Below are positions 27,305 to 40,070 of a DNA stretch of 64,000 bases, in pieces (within the stretch, counting starts at the first letter, position 1; each line of letters opens with the position of its first letter). Source of the stretch: Octopus sinensis (Eukaryota); assembly GCF_006345805.1 (NCBI RefSeq), contig NC_043004.1:98642001-98706000 (forward strand). Direction: 5' to 3'. The position numbers and the translations under genes were made by a program. Under the pieces are notes generated by a model. The model was not told the origin of the DNA. It saw only the letters and a list, made by a program, of their open reading frames with translations, and did not search any database.

Positions 27305-27500
27305 TAATCCTAAGACCTGAAATTTATTTTTAGGTGAAGGGGTTGTCAGTTACATTGATACAAATGCTCCACAAATTACATTGGCCACAAAAATATGAAA
27401 GGCAAAGTTGACCTTGTCATTTGAACTCAGAACGTTAAGATGGTTGAAATACCATTTGGTATTTTGTCCAGCATGCTAACGATTCTGCCAGCTTACCACC
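27305..27500 (-). mobile_element. SINE family B1
   Basis: Family B core; (aat)n on both flanks on the + strand. Confidence 0.75.
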
Positions 27501-27524
27501 TTAATAACAACAACAACAACATTA

Positions 27525-27575
<51 letters not shown>

Positions 27576-28489
27576 TAATAATAATAATTTTTAATTATTT
27601 TAATAATAATTTCCATCATCACCATCTTAATCGTAATCATCGCTGCGCTTATCGACTGTATGTTTATCATCCCTACAATAATCATCAAGGGAATTGTCAT
27701 CTTCCTTCTCATCAACATCATCATTGCCATCTCCATTGCTATGATCACTTGTGGTGTGTGTAAGAACGGAGTAGCCAGAAGAGTCTAAGTGTTCGAGTAT
27801 TATTTACAATTTTCAATTTTCTAAATTTATACTCATCCCCTCTACACACACATATAGAGTTTTAATTAGAAGAATTCATATCAATAAGAGAATGTAACTA
27901 TATTAGTTCCATGCATAATCAATATATTTTCATATATATATATATATATATATATATGCATATATATATATATGTATATATATATATATGTATATATATA
28001 TGTATATATATATGTATATATATATGTATATATATACATATATATACATATATATATATATATACACATATGTATATATATATGCATGCACATATATATA
28101 AAGAGATAAATAGAGGGAAAGAGGGAGAGAGATATATATTTAATTGAACACGTCATATTGTCAGGCAATGCATGTATCATCTACATTAATTTTACTTTTC
28201 AACTATTTAATTTTTAGAAAACAGAAAAACAAACATAAAAATACAAAAAAAAAAGAAAAGAAAAGAAAAACTAAATTTAAAATTTTTTGAAAAAATAACA
28301 AAAGAATTTTCTTCGTGAAAGAACCGGCAATACATATGTGGTGTGCTAGGAATCGGTAAACAATTTGCTGAATTCATTTGAATTCCCCAGCAACTTTTAG
28401 CAAATTAAAACGAAAATATGGTTTTATTGCTTATGTCTCTACAACTGCTGTCTTCACTTCAATTATAGTCCGTCATTATTAATATCTTC

Positions 28490-28568
28490 ATCATCATCAT
28501 CATCATCATCATTATTATTGTTATTGTTGTTATCATTATCATTTTTATTATTACTATTATTAATATTA

Positions 28569-28606
<38 letters not shown>

Positions 28607-28736
28607 GTTATTATTATTATTACTATTATTATTATTAATATTATTGTTATTATTATTATTGTTATTATTATTATTACTATTATTATTATTATTATTATTT
28701 ATTATTATTATTGTTATTATTATTATTACTATTATA

Positions 28737-28788
<52 letters not shown>

Positions 28789-28895
28789 CATCATTACTAT
28801 TATTATTATTATCATTATTATTATTATTATTATTACTATTATTTTTATAATTATTATTACTATTATTATTACTACTACTACTATTGTTATCATCA

Positions 28896-28941
<46 letters not shown>

Positions 28942-29213
28942 CATCATTACTATTATTATTATTATCATTATTATTATTATTATTATTACTATTATTTTTA
29001 TAATTATTATTACTATTATTATTATTATTACTACTACTATTATTATCATCATTATTATTATTACTACTACTACTATTATTATTATCATTATTATTATTAT
29101 TAGTAGTAGTAGCAGTAGAAGTAGTAGTGTTATTACTATAATCATCATTATTATCATCAATAGCAACAATGTTGTTTTTATTATCATTAGGCTAATTATT
29201 ATTATCACTGTTG

Positions 29214-29256
<43 letters not shown>

Positions 29257-29323
29257 CATTAATATTTATTATTATTATTATTGTTATTTTATCATCATCA
29301 TCATTATCATAACTACCACCACC

Positions 29324-29360
<37 letters not shown>

Positions 29361-29370
29361 CCATCATGCA
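28490..29370 (+). repeat. Compound (ATT/ACT/ATC)n microsatellite with an internal higher-order duplication
   Basis: Direct reading; the block containing tttttataattatt occurs twice (about 28840 and 28990). Confidence 0.95.
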
Positions 29371-29632
29371 TATTACATACATTATTAATCAATATTTTCT
29401 ATCAGAAAATAATAAACATCGCGGCTATTATTAATATATCCCTTCTTCTGTTACTATTATTAATAATAATAATAGAAAAAACCCAACGAAATAAAAAAAA
29501 AGAAATTAAAATAAGAGAATTTCATTTTGTTGATGTTCTTGCTGTTGTTGTCAAAATTAATCGTTTCTGCACCACCACCATGACCACTAAACAAAATTAT
29601 TTTCATCATATCATCATTGTACTCATTATTAC

Positions 29633-29697
<65 letters not shown>

Positions 29698-29766
29698 TAT
29701 TATTATTATTATTAATATTATTATTATTATTCTTTTCGTTGATGTTGTGTTTCTTGTCATACATTT

Positions 29767-29870
29767 ATGCAAATTACTGAATGTATGTTCTATGGAAATT
29801 TGTGATATAAAACTGTATTGATACAATTCAATCAGCCATTGGAAATATTGAAAGGCGTCGGGTGACGTTA
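29767..29870 (+). promoter_or_regulatory. Candidate promoter (octamer, CCAAT-like boxes, CRE half-site)
   Basis: ATGCAAAT 29767-29774, TCAATCAG about 29828, ATTGG 29838-29842, TGACGT 29863-29868; CpGs retained. Confidence 0.35.
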
Positions 29871-29950
29871 TTCTGCCCTCTGTCACAGCTTCTATTCAAG
29901 ACAATTTACCATTTTATTTAAATTTCAAGTAAATCCCCGAACAAAATGGA

Positions 29951-30010
29951 ATGGTAGAGATGAGGGTGAGAAAGGAAGAAGAGGAGGAACAAAATGAAGA
30001 TACAATATCT
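29951..30010 (+). CDS. Candidate first coding exon MVEMRVRKEEEEEQNEDTIS
   Basis: ATG at 29951, open for 20 codons, phase-0 donor TCT|GTAAGA at 30011; no homology recognised. Confidence 0.25.
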
Positions 30011-30026
30011 GTAAGAAGATACACGC

Positions 30027-31143
30027 ACACACACTTTGATGGGGGAATATATATATACACACTTTGATGGGGAATATATATATATACACACTTTGATGGG
30101 GGAATATATATATACACACTTTGATGGGGAATATATATATACACACTTTGATGGGGAATATATATATACACACTTTGATGGGGAATATATATATACACAC
30201 TTTGATGGGGAATATATATATACACACTTTGATGGGGAATATATATATACACACTTTGATGGGGGAATATATATATACACACTTTGATGGGGAATATATA
30301 TACCACACTTGATGGGGAATATATATATACACACTTTGATGGGGAATATATATATACACACTTTGATGGAATATATATTAACACTTTGATGGGGAATATA
30401 TATACACACACTTGATTTGGAATATATATATACCCACCTTTGATGGGGAATATATATATACACACTTTGATGGGGAATATATATATAACACACTTTGATG
30501 GGGAATATATATATCACACTTTGATTGGGGAATATATATATAAACACACACTTTGGTGGGGGATATATATAATACACACTTTGATGGGGAATATATATAT
30601 ACACACTTTGATGGGGAATATATATTACGAACACACTTTGATGGGGAATATATATATACACACTTTGATGGGGGAATATATATATACACACTTTGATGGG
30701 GGAATATATATACACACTTTGATGGGGAATATATATATACACACTTTGATGGGATATAATATACACACTTTGATGGGGAATATATATATACACACTCTTG
30801 ATGGGGAATATATATATAACACCTTGATGGGGATAATATATATACACACTTTGATGGGGATATATTATATACACACTTTGATGGGGAATATATATATACA
30901 CACTTTGATGGGGAATATATATATACACACTTTGGTGGGGAATATATATATACACACTTTGATGGGGAATATATATATACACACTTTGATGGGGAATATA
31001 TATATACACACTTTGATGGGGAATATATATATACACACTTTGATGGGGAATATATATATACACACTTTGATGGGGAAATATATATATACACACTTTGGTG
31101 GGGGAATATATATATACACACTTTGATGGGGAATATATATATA
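30027..31143 (+). repeat. Minisatellite, ~27-bp unit ACACACTTTGATGGGGAATATATATAT, about 40 copies
   Basis: Direct reading; no unique spacers. Confidence 0.98.
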
Positions 31144-31447
31144 CAAAGACAAATGTATTTGTGCATGTGTGTAGCTGTACATGTATGTGAGTAACTGTAT
31201 GCATGTGTGTGTGTGTCTGTCTGTATGTATGTGTTTGTGTGAGATGCATAGATGCATAAGAGCAAATCAGTGTACAATCAGATAAATCTAAATACAAAAC
31301 CATACAAGTATGCATGCATGTGTATGCACGTGTGTATGTGTGTGAATGTGTGTCTGTGTGATTATACACACATATACATACACACATGTATATATCTATA
31401 CATGATGTATCATACATATCTATATATATTTATATGCATACATACAC

Positions 31448-31478
<31 letters not shown>

Positions 31479-31638
31479 CACACAGACAGACACACATATA
31501 TGCATGTATCAATATGCATATATAATATATATATATACACCTGTATGATGCACATATATAAAAATGCATATATATGTCTACGTATCTGTCTGTCTATTTA
31601 TTTGTCTATGTATATATTTGTATCTATGTCTGTCTCTT

Positions 31639-31682
<44 letters not shown>

Positions 31683-32036
31683 CATATATATATATACATA
31701 TACATATATATATATATATATGTATGTATGTATGTATATGTATATATATGTATGTATATATGTATGTATGTGTGTATGTATATCCATGTTAGTTACTTTA
31801 TGTATGTAGTAAGCATGTGTGTGTGTTTTAATACATACCTGCTTGTACACACAGATATACATGTGTGTACTATTACCCACTTTCATTCATGTAGACATGA
31901 ATACAGTGAATAGGGAGATAAAACAACAAAAACTACAATAAAAATGTATAACATCACGGAAGCAAAATATAATTAACTCTCTCAAAACAATTCAGAAGGA
32001 AAAAATAACAACAAAAATTATGATAAATGCATGGAA

Positions 32037-32074
<38 letters not shown>

Positions 32075-32348
32075 TCGGCAGCAGCAGCAGCTACAGCAGG
32101 ATCATCATCATCATGAGTAGCAGTAGTGGTGGTGGTGGTAGTAGTAGCCTCTGTAGTGGTAGCAATAATGGGTGTACTTGTGCTAGTGAGAATGGTAGTA
32201 GTTGGTGTACTAATTTCTGTTTGCGTAAGAGAAAAACACAGAGAGCACAAAACTGTGAAATGGAAATGTGCAATACAGACTACAATGTCAAGCAAATAAC
32301 AAACATATGTGTGCTTTATCCATGCAGCTACAAGTTTGCTACAACAGA

Positions 32349-32729
32349 TGGAAGCACTCCGTCGGTTACGACGACGAGGGTTCCGGTTGATCCGATCAAC
32401 GGAACAGCCTGCTCGTGAAATTAACGTGTAAGTGGCTGAGCACTCCACAGACACGTGTACCCTTAACGTAGTTCTCGGGGATATTCAGCGTGACACAGAG
32501 AGTGACAAGGCCGGCCATTTGAAGTACAGGTACAACAGAAACAGGAAGTAAGAGTGAGAGAAAGTTGTGGTGAAAGGGTACAGCAGGGATCACCACCATC
32601 CCCTGTCGGAGCCTCGTGGAGCTTTAGGTGTTTTCGCTCAATAAACACTCACAACGCCCGGTCTGGGAATCGAAACCACGATCCTACGACCGCGAGTCCG
32701 CTGCCCTAACCACTGGGCCATTGCGCCTC
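32349..32729 (-). mobile_element. SINE family C (tRNA-like head), young copy
   Basis: Reverse complement of 39291-39672; CpG-rich. Confidence 0.9.
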
Positions 32730-33070
32730 CTTGCTACAATAAGTAGCTATATTGATTACAAATCCTGAGATTTAATATGGACTATTTAAAACAAAATCCT
32801 GGCCTAACTACAGTCCAGGTACTGAAGTAAACAAACAAGACAGATGGACATACAATAGAGTGGTGAATAGTTCCTGGCTTTCAGGGTATCAGTAAAGGCC
32901 TGGCTGACGGCCTAACCTTCCAAGTTCTTCTACAAGGTTTAGAATAAATGGAGGACAGCAATATGTGTGTAAATCTGAGAGGGGAATATGTTGAATAAAG
33001 ACATAATTAACTCATCATCCGGTGATTTCTTTTACCCAAAGCCAAGCCAGAAACTTTCTAGCACTCCCTT

Positions 33071-33110
<40 letters not shown>

Positions 33111-33460
33111 CTGAGAAAAGATCTCAAAATTTTAATTGATTTACTTTTCGCAGAGAGGAAAGTTTCTTGTCGAAGATACGTCTCGCTTTCACCTTCGAAA
33201 CGTAGAGTAGATGAAACCATAGCGACTGAAGAAGGGTTTTTTTCTTTGTGTTAATTGTCCTGTACTCTATTTTTTGTTGTTTAAAAAATGTCCAGTTCCT
33301 TGGGTTTGTGTCTATGTTTTGTGTCTAACTGAAGTCAGGAATACAGTCATGTTGGGATTCCTGAGTTTCTCCATTCAGTAATCTAGGCCTGGGTTTTTGT
33401 TAGAAGCCTGCAAAAGGAGCTGAATCAAACTGTTTTAAGTTTTTAAATATTATATATATA

Positions 33461-33503
<43 letters not shown>

Positions 33504-33536
33504 ATATATATTATATATATATATATACACACACAC

Positions 33537-33935
33537 TTTTACTCCTTTACTTGTTTCAGTAATTTTGACTGTGGCCATGCTGGAGCACCACCTTTAGTTG
33601 AGCAAATCGACCACAGGACTTATTCTTTGTAAGCCTATTACTTATTCTATTGGTCCCTTTTGCCGAACTACTACTAAGTTATGATCACGTAAACACACCA
33701 GAATCGGTTGTCAAGCGATGTTGGGGACACACACACACACACAAACACGTACACACACATATATACATACATATACATATATACGACGGGTTTCTTTCAG
33801 TTTCATCTACCAAATCCACTCACAAGGCTTTGGTTGGCCCGAGGCTATAGTAGGAGACACTTGCCCAAGGTACCATGCAGTGGGACTGAACCTGGAACCA
33901 TGTGGTTGGTAAGCAAGCTACTTACCACACAGTCT
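33537..33935 (-). mobile_element. SINE family A, full length
   Basis: Reverse complement of the family A consensus. Confidence 0.9.
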
Positions 33936-33936
33936 C

Positions 33937-33976
<40 letters not shown>

Positions 33977-33983
33977 AATATAT

Positions 33984-34067
<84 letters not shown>

Positions 34068-34104
34068 CATATTTATAAATACATAGATATTTATACATAC
34101 ATGA

Positions 34105-34385
34105 TTGCTGTGGCCAGTGCCCCCTGACTGGCTCCCCTGCCGGTGGCACAGAAAATACTCTATTCGAATGGGATCGATGCCAGGTTTGCCTGACTGGCTC
34201 CTGTGCAGGTGTCACATAAAAACCACCCACTACATTCTCGGAGTGGTTGGTGTTAGGAAGGGCATCCGGCTGTAGATCAGGTTGGAGCCTGGTGCAGCCA
34301 CTGGCTCTCCAGACCCCAGACAAACCGTCGAACCCATGCCAGCATAGAAAACTGATGTTAAACGATGATGATGGTGATGATGATA
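34105..34385 (+). mobile_element. RTE 3' tip with (GAT)n tail
   Basis: ggttggtgttaggaagggcatcc..catgccagcatagaaaactgatgttaaacgatgat. Confidence 0.85.
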
Positions 34386-34552
34386 ACGACAATAGATATA
34401 TATAGATTTTTTTCTGAATTTTTGTAAATGTGTATAAAATAATATATCAGTTGAATAAAGTTACAATATGGTCTTGATCACACGTTTTTTATTATTGTAA
34501 TTTAAAAGAGTGTTAAACATTAAAAAGATATTTTGTAATGTTCATAAAATTC

Positions 34553-34590
34553 AATTAGTGCTTTCATACGTTCATAGTAATCATCAGATT
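34553..34590 (-). ncRNA. Hammerhead-like motif with intact core and weakened stems, inside a 29-nt inverted repeat (34444-34472 / 34677-34705)
   Basis: Minus strand: aat CTGATGA t tac..gta t GAAA gcac TA att. Confidence 0.5.
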
Positions 34591-34745
34591 TCAAAATGTA
34601 TTGACTGACAGTTGAGTGCTTTAGAACTGTAGTAAAATGAGTGACTTCTTCCTTTTTTATCTCTTAGAAGGCTCCAACCATGTTGTAACTTTATTCAACT
34701 GGTATACATACATACATTATATATAATATATATATATATATATAT

Positions 34746-34785
<40 letters not shown>

Positions 34786-35286
34786 TAGACAGATAGATAG
34801 ATAGACGGACTGATGGACAGAAAGACTGATAGCTAGTTAGATAGATACTTTATGCATACCTACCTCCGTACTTATGTACATGCATACATAGATACAAGCA
34901 TTGCTATAAGGCTAAGAAGCTCACTTTCAAACCACAAGGTTTTGGGTTCAGTCTCACAGAAAGGTACATTGAGCAAGTGCCTTTTATTACACCACTAGGC
35001 CAACCAATGCATTCTGAGGGAATTTGGTTGACAGCAACTCTGTAGAAGCCTGTCTTATATCTCTGTTTATATGCATATATACAAACTATAGGACAAAAAT
35101 TTCAGTGACACCCATTCTTTGAATATTTCCTGAAAATGTAATCCTAACCACCAAAATACTGGAAATCAAAACGAAGCAGAATCTATCAACTTGAATAATT
35201 TCTTATGACTTGTATTACTTAGGCTTTATAAAAAAATCAGTTAAAAACATTTAGATATATATATGTATATATATAATATATAAATA

Positions 35287-35334
<48 letters not shown>

Positions 35335-35355
35335 TATATACATACATATATATAC

Positions 35356-35398
<43 letters not shown>

Positions 35399-36089
35399 AT
35401 ATATATGTATATGCATATATATATAATATATATATATAATATATATGTAAATATGTGAGTGTGTGTGTGTGTGTGTGTAAAGTTACATGAGTGACTCGAG
35501 GGTCAAGAATTTTATATATTCAACTTATCATACTAACCTAAATTTGTAGAATTCCCTCACTATATAGTTGTGAATTACAATTTTTTTTTTCCAGAATTTT
35601 CTTTCAAAAATTTTATTGAAGTGTGATGGTTATGTGATAATCAATACATTTTAAAACCAGTCCGAAAGGATAAAGAAAAATGAAAAAATATATTTGTATG
35701 AGTACAAACAGTATAACTAGTTGTACAAAAACAGACTCATGGGCATATCCTCACGCATAGAAACATATAAATATATACACATATATGTGTGTATGCACAC
35801 ACATATGTATACGTATTTACATATATGCATACACATATAGATATATAAATACATAAATAGATACATGTACACATATATGTTTAATTATGTACAAGCTCAT
35901 AAAAATATAGACGTGCAGGGAAAAGTAAGGAAACTGGTTTCATGAAATCTAGATATATAAAAACGTAAGTGAATAAAATATGAAGTTTAATGTTGCAGGT
36001 TATATTTTGCACAAATATATATTTTGTGCATCCATTTACTTGCTTGCAGGAATGTGCATGTGTGTATGTCAATAACATCTTAAACACGA

Positions 36090-36124
<35 letters not shown>

Positions 36125-36213
36125 CCAACACACATACACTCATACATATGCGCACAAAAGAAATATGTATATATATATGTAGTAATATCTAACCATCTAA
36201 CTATATGTACTTA

Positions 36214-36255
<42 letters not shown>

Positions 36256-36375
36256 GTAGGTACTGTAAATTTAGAGTGAATATTTGATAAGTGTAAGCAC
36301 CTGTATATGCCAGATAGTGGCAGAGGTGAGAGAGTATATATCAAATATAAATTAAAAACAGAACACAAAGGATAT

Positions 36376-36468
36376 CGTGGTACATGTGTTTCAAGCTTTA
36401 TAAACAATCCGTTATTACATCAGTTTATTATTGATATAAAAGATGGTTTAAAGCTCTCTTCAGCCACA
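36376..36468 (-). ncRNA. Type-I hammerhead ribozyme, intact core, long stem II
   Basis: tgtgg CTGAAGA gagcttta..taaagctt GAAA cacatg TA ccacg. Confidence 0.8.
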
Positions 36469-36688
36469 AACATTGTTAGTCCAAAGAATTACATCACAAT
36501 ATAAAAAATATGAAAAGTACATGTAGTATTACCCATTATAATAGGTTTATCATATCTCCTTGAAAAATTATATTTGTATAATTTCCTAACTGTATAAATG
36601 TATAAGGATTCATTGGATTTCGAAAATCTGCCCATACTATATCACCAATCTATTTATATTGTGATGTAATCTTTGGACTGACAATGTT

Positions 36689-36781
36689 TGTGGCTGAAGA
36701 GAGCTTTAAATCATCTTTTATATCAATAATACACTGATGTAATAATGGATTGTTTATAAGGCTTGAAACACGTGAACTACG
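36689..36781 (+). ncRNA. Hammerhead copy with mutated cleavage site (UH > AA)
   Basis: tgtgg CTGAAGA gagcttta..taaggctt GAAA cacgtg AA ctacg. Confidence 0.7.
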
Positions 36782-39290
36782 ATATCCTTTGTGTTCTATT
36801 TTTAATTTATATATATATATATATATATATGCATGCATGTATGTACTCATATATACGTACACATATATATACTCACACACACACATTCTTACACATGTAT
36901 ATATACATGCTTATACAAATATATAAATGAACGTTTTACATACAGCATGTCTATGCATATGGGCCACTTGAATGGGTTAAAGGTGAGAACTAAAAAAAAA
37001 AAGAAATGAAAAATCATTAGAGCAAAGTTAAAGAATATTGGAGAGCAATTTGATAAACAAGTAGGTTAGGCAAATGCATGCCTTCTGCAATACTTGCACG
37101 CAATCCTCTACTAGTTAATTTGAAGATGGTTGGATAAATATTGTTTAGTGAGGGCATAAAAATACTGGCTTGAATTTGTAATTTAACAGTTGAAAAAATC
37201 GTATTAGGTGCTGAATTTTTTAGATCTGCAAAGGGAGCATTGGTAGCAATTCAAATAGACAAGAGTGGATTTAATAAATGTTCCATCAAGATTGAGGTCA
37301 GATATACCATTATCTTTGAAACAACTGATGTATCTCAAGCATTCTGTGGCCCTTTTAACTTTATGTCTAAACACGCATGTGCATTGAACATATCTGGATA
37401 TAAATCTGTCATCTCTGAGGCCTATGTGGTGCTTTATATTATCGTTACTATTGACAGAAACCTTTATGCAATTTACAACACCTTTTGAAAACATTTAATG
37501 CTTGAAAAGCATGTGCTTCTGTTAAGGTTTTCACATCAATGTGAAGAATGAGAGAAGTAAGCAATTTTTTCCTGTAAACCTTTCATGACAAGGCAAAATT
37601 ATCCATACAGCTGCAACTTACTTTGAGGTTATTGTTATTAAGAGTTTTATGCAACTTATAGTTGTAAGGTAAGTGCTTATATCTATATTTAGAAAAGATT
37701 GGTTGATGTGAGATCGGTATTTTATGTAAAAGGAAAGTTGCACCTTATAGCTTCCCTTCTTTTGGTGTTGCTAACATTTTTTTTTGTTGGGAATGTACTC
37801 AAAATTGTCAGATGTTAATACATCTTTTCATCAAAAGTTATTCCATATATTCTCCTACTAAGGTAAATTTTATCAGAAGGGAAGAGAGGATGGTTGAATT
37901 TTACATGATTAGAGCTATAATCAACTGAACTGAGAATGAGTTTAAGATCTAAAACACTAACATTTAGAATAATCTTATGGTCAAAACTTTTGAAGTATAA
38001 ACGAAATCTTTTTAAAATCTAACAAATTGTTATTCCACTGACGGGTTACAATTAAACCTTTATCCCTGTATAATAAAACCAACTCAAGGTAGCAGGTTTT
38101 CTAAAATAAATACTTTAGCTCCATCAAAACAGATGGTAGGGTCATCAAATAGCAGATTACCCAGAAAGTGTTACTGTATGAAGGATGTCTCATAGCAAGC
38201 TTAGCACAATTCACGTTATTCTCTCATTTATTTATTCATTATTTCAAATTAATCATGCAGTATCTTGTAGCTTTGAGATTTTGATGAGCTAACAGATAAA
38301 TTTTTTGAATGATATTGTAGGATTGGTATCAGAGATCAGATTTGGCCAGTTTGAATATAAACCATGTAGAATATTTCGGCCAGATTATAAAGTGTATACA
38401 GCTGAACCATATGGCTTTCAGTCAAAGAATAATGTCAAATTCTATGAACTACAGCTATTGGAACCTGGAACCATGTGGTTGGTAAGCAAGCTACTTACCA
38501 TACAGCCATGCCTGCACTGATTATCATGTAAATTTTGTTTCCAGTGATGAGGATAAGATGACTGTATAATTCTACTATTAATGGTATTAATACGATTTCC
38601 TTCACTGTTAGTTTGATAAACAAACCAGCATTTAATTCCAGGTAAAAAAAAATTAGATTCAGAGTCTTTTGAAGTAATCCAGTGAGAGTCTAGCAAGTAG
38701 ACTGTTTATTATATTCACATAAAAGGCAGAGACTAAATGTTTGCTTACTTGTTAATAAAAGCTATCAGTATTAGGTTTAGTTTTCTTAGAAGTTTACGTA
38801 ATGTTGCTAAGAACTATCTATAGAAATCTTGGAATTCATAAATAGTTTCATCCTATTTGAGGGGAAATGCAACTAACTAGAGTTACAGGAATGCTTTAAG
38901 ACACAAGTTAAGATATCTTAGAAAGTGTTAGAATAATTTCTGAATTTTTTTTTCTTTATCACATTCTGCAAATTGAATTGAAAAACTTCTGGTGCTTTAA
39001 TTTGTGGTGGAATTTTCTTGCCTTGAATCTGATATATGTGTAACAATTTTTTATGCAATTGGATTTCAAAAATGTACTTTCCAACACGTGTGTGTTGAGT
39101 AAATGCATATGCTGCTTCTAGTAACAGCTTACATATTGTTACACGCTGGCTTGCAGAATTCATGTTAATATATAGGATTTATCAATTTATAGTCCACAGA
39201 ACAGGTTTGTTAAAAAAACAGGAGAAATTGAACACTACGTGATGGTATATTTATATTTTATGTAATTGATATGTTACATAAGTGATTGTA

Positions 39291-39672
39291 GAGGCGCAAT
39301 GGCCCAGTGGTTAGGGCAGCGGACTAGCGGTCATAGGATCGCGGTTTCGATTCCCAGACCGGGCGTTGTGAGTGTTTATTGAGCGAAAACACCTAAAAAG
39401 CTCCACGAGGCTCCGGCAGGGGATGGTGGCAACCCCTGTTGTACTCTTACACCACAACTTTCTCTGACTCTTACTTCTTGTTTCTGTTGTACCTGTATTT
39501 CAAAGGGCCGGCCTTGTCACTCTCTGTGTCATGTTGAATATCCCCGAGAACTACGTTAGGGTACACGTGTCTGTGGAGTGCTCAGCCACTTACACGTTAA
39601 TTTCACGAGCAGGCTGTTTCGTTGATTCGGATCAACCGGAACCCTCGTCGTCGTAACCGACGGAGTGCTTCT
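39291..39672 (+). mobile_element. SINE family C, full length
   Basis: gaggcgcaatggcccagtggttagggcagcgg..ggtttcgattccc tRNA-like A/B boxes. Confidence 0.9.
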
Positions 39673-39939
39673 AGAAAAAACATAAGTGACACAGAGGCAA
39701 AGAATTTTATGCATTACACTAATCCAAATGACTAAAAAAATTTGTAAATTCACTCTTTAAGTAGGTATGAATTAAAATTTTCAAAAAACGTTCATTAGGT
39801 TGATATGTAAAATGCAAGAAACACTCGATCTTTCAGTCATGTAACTTTACTGCTGAATATAATATGTACATAGTGTTAAGTATTGGTTTGTACTTTCCCA
39901 ATTAGTTCCAATAAACCTACATATGTCTATGTGTAAATG

Positions 39940-40025
<86 letters not shown>

Positions 40026-40039
40026 ATATATATATATAT

Positions 40040-40070
<31 letters not shown>

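Larger units (their letters stand above)
36346..36812. repeat. Inverted repeat, ~160-nt arms (36346-36504 / 36653-36812), each carrying a hammerhead
   Basis: Arms are reverse complements with scattered substitutions. Confidence 0.92.

Noticed and set aside
29918-31417. 499-aa and other long ORFs
   Set aside because: They are translations of the 27-bp minisatellite, whose unit is a multiple of 3 and stop-free in some frames.
33180-33240. Permuted hammerhead (CGAAACGTA...CTGAAGAAGGG)
   Set aside because: Stem I cannot pair and stem II is out of register.
39291-39365. tRNA gene
   Set aside because: The tRNA-like head continues into a 380-bp SINE body that is present twice; it is a SINE, not a tRNA.
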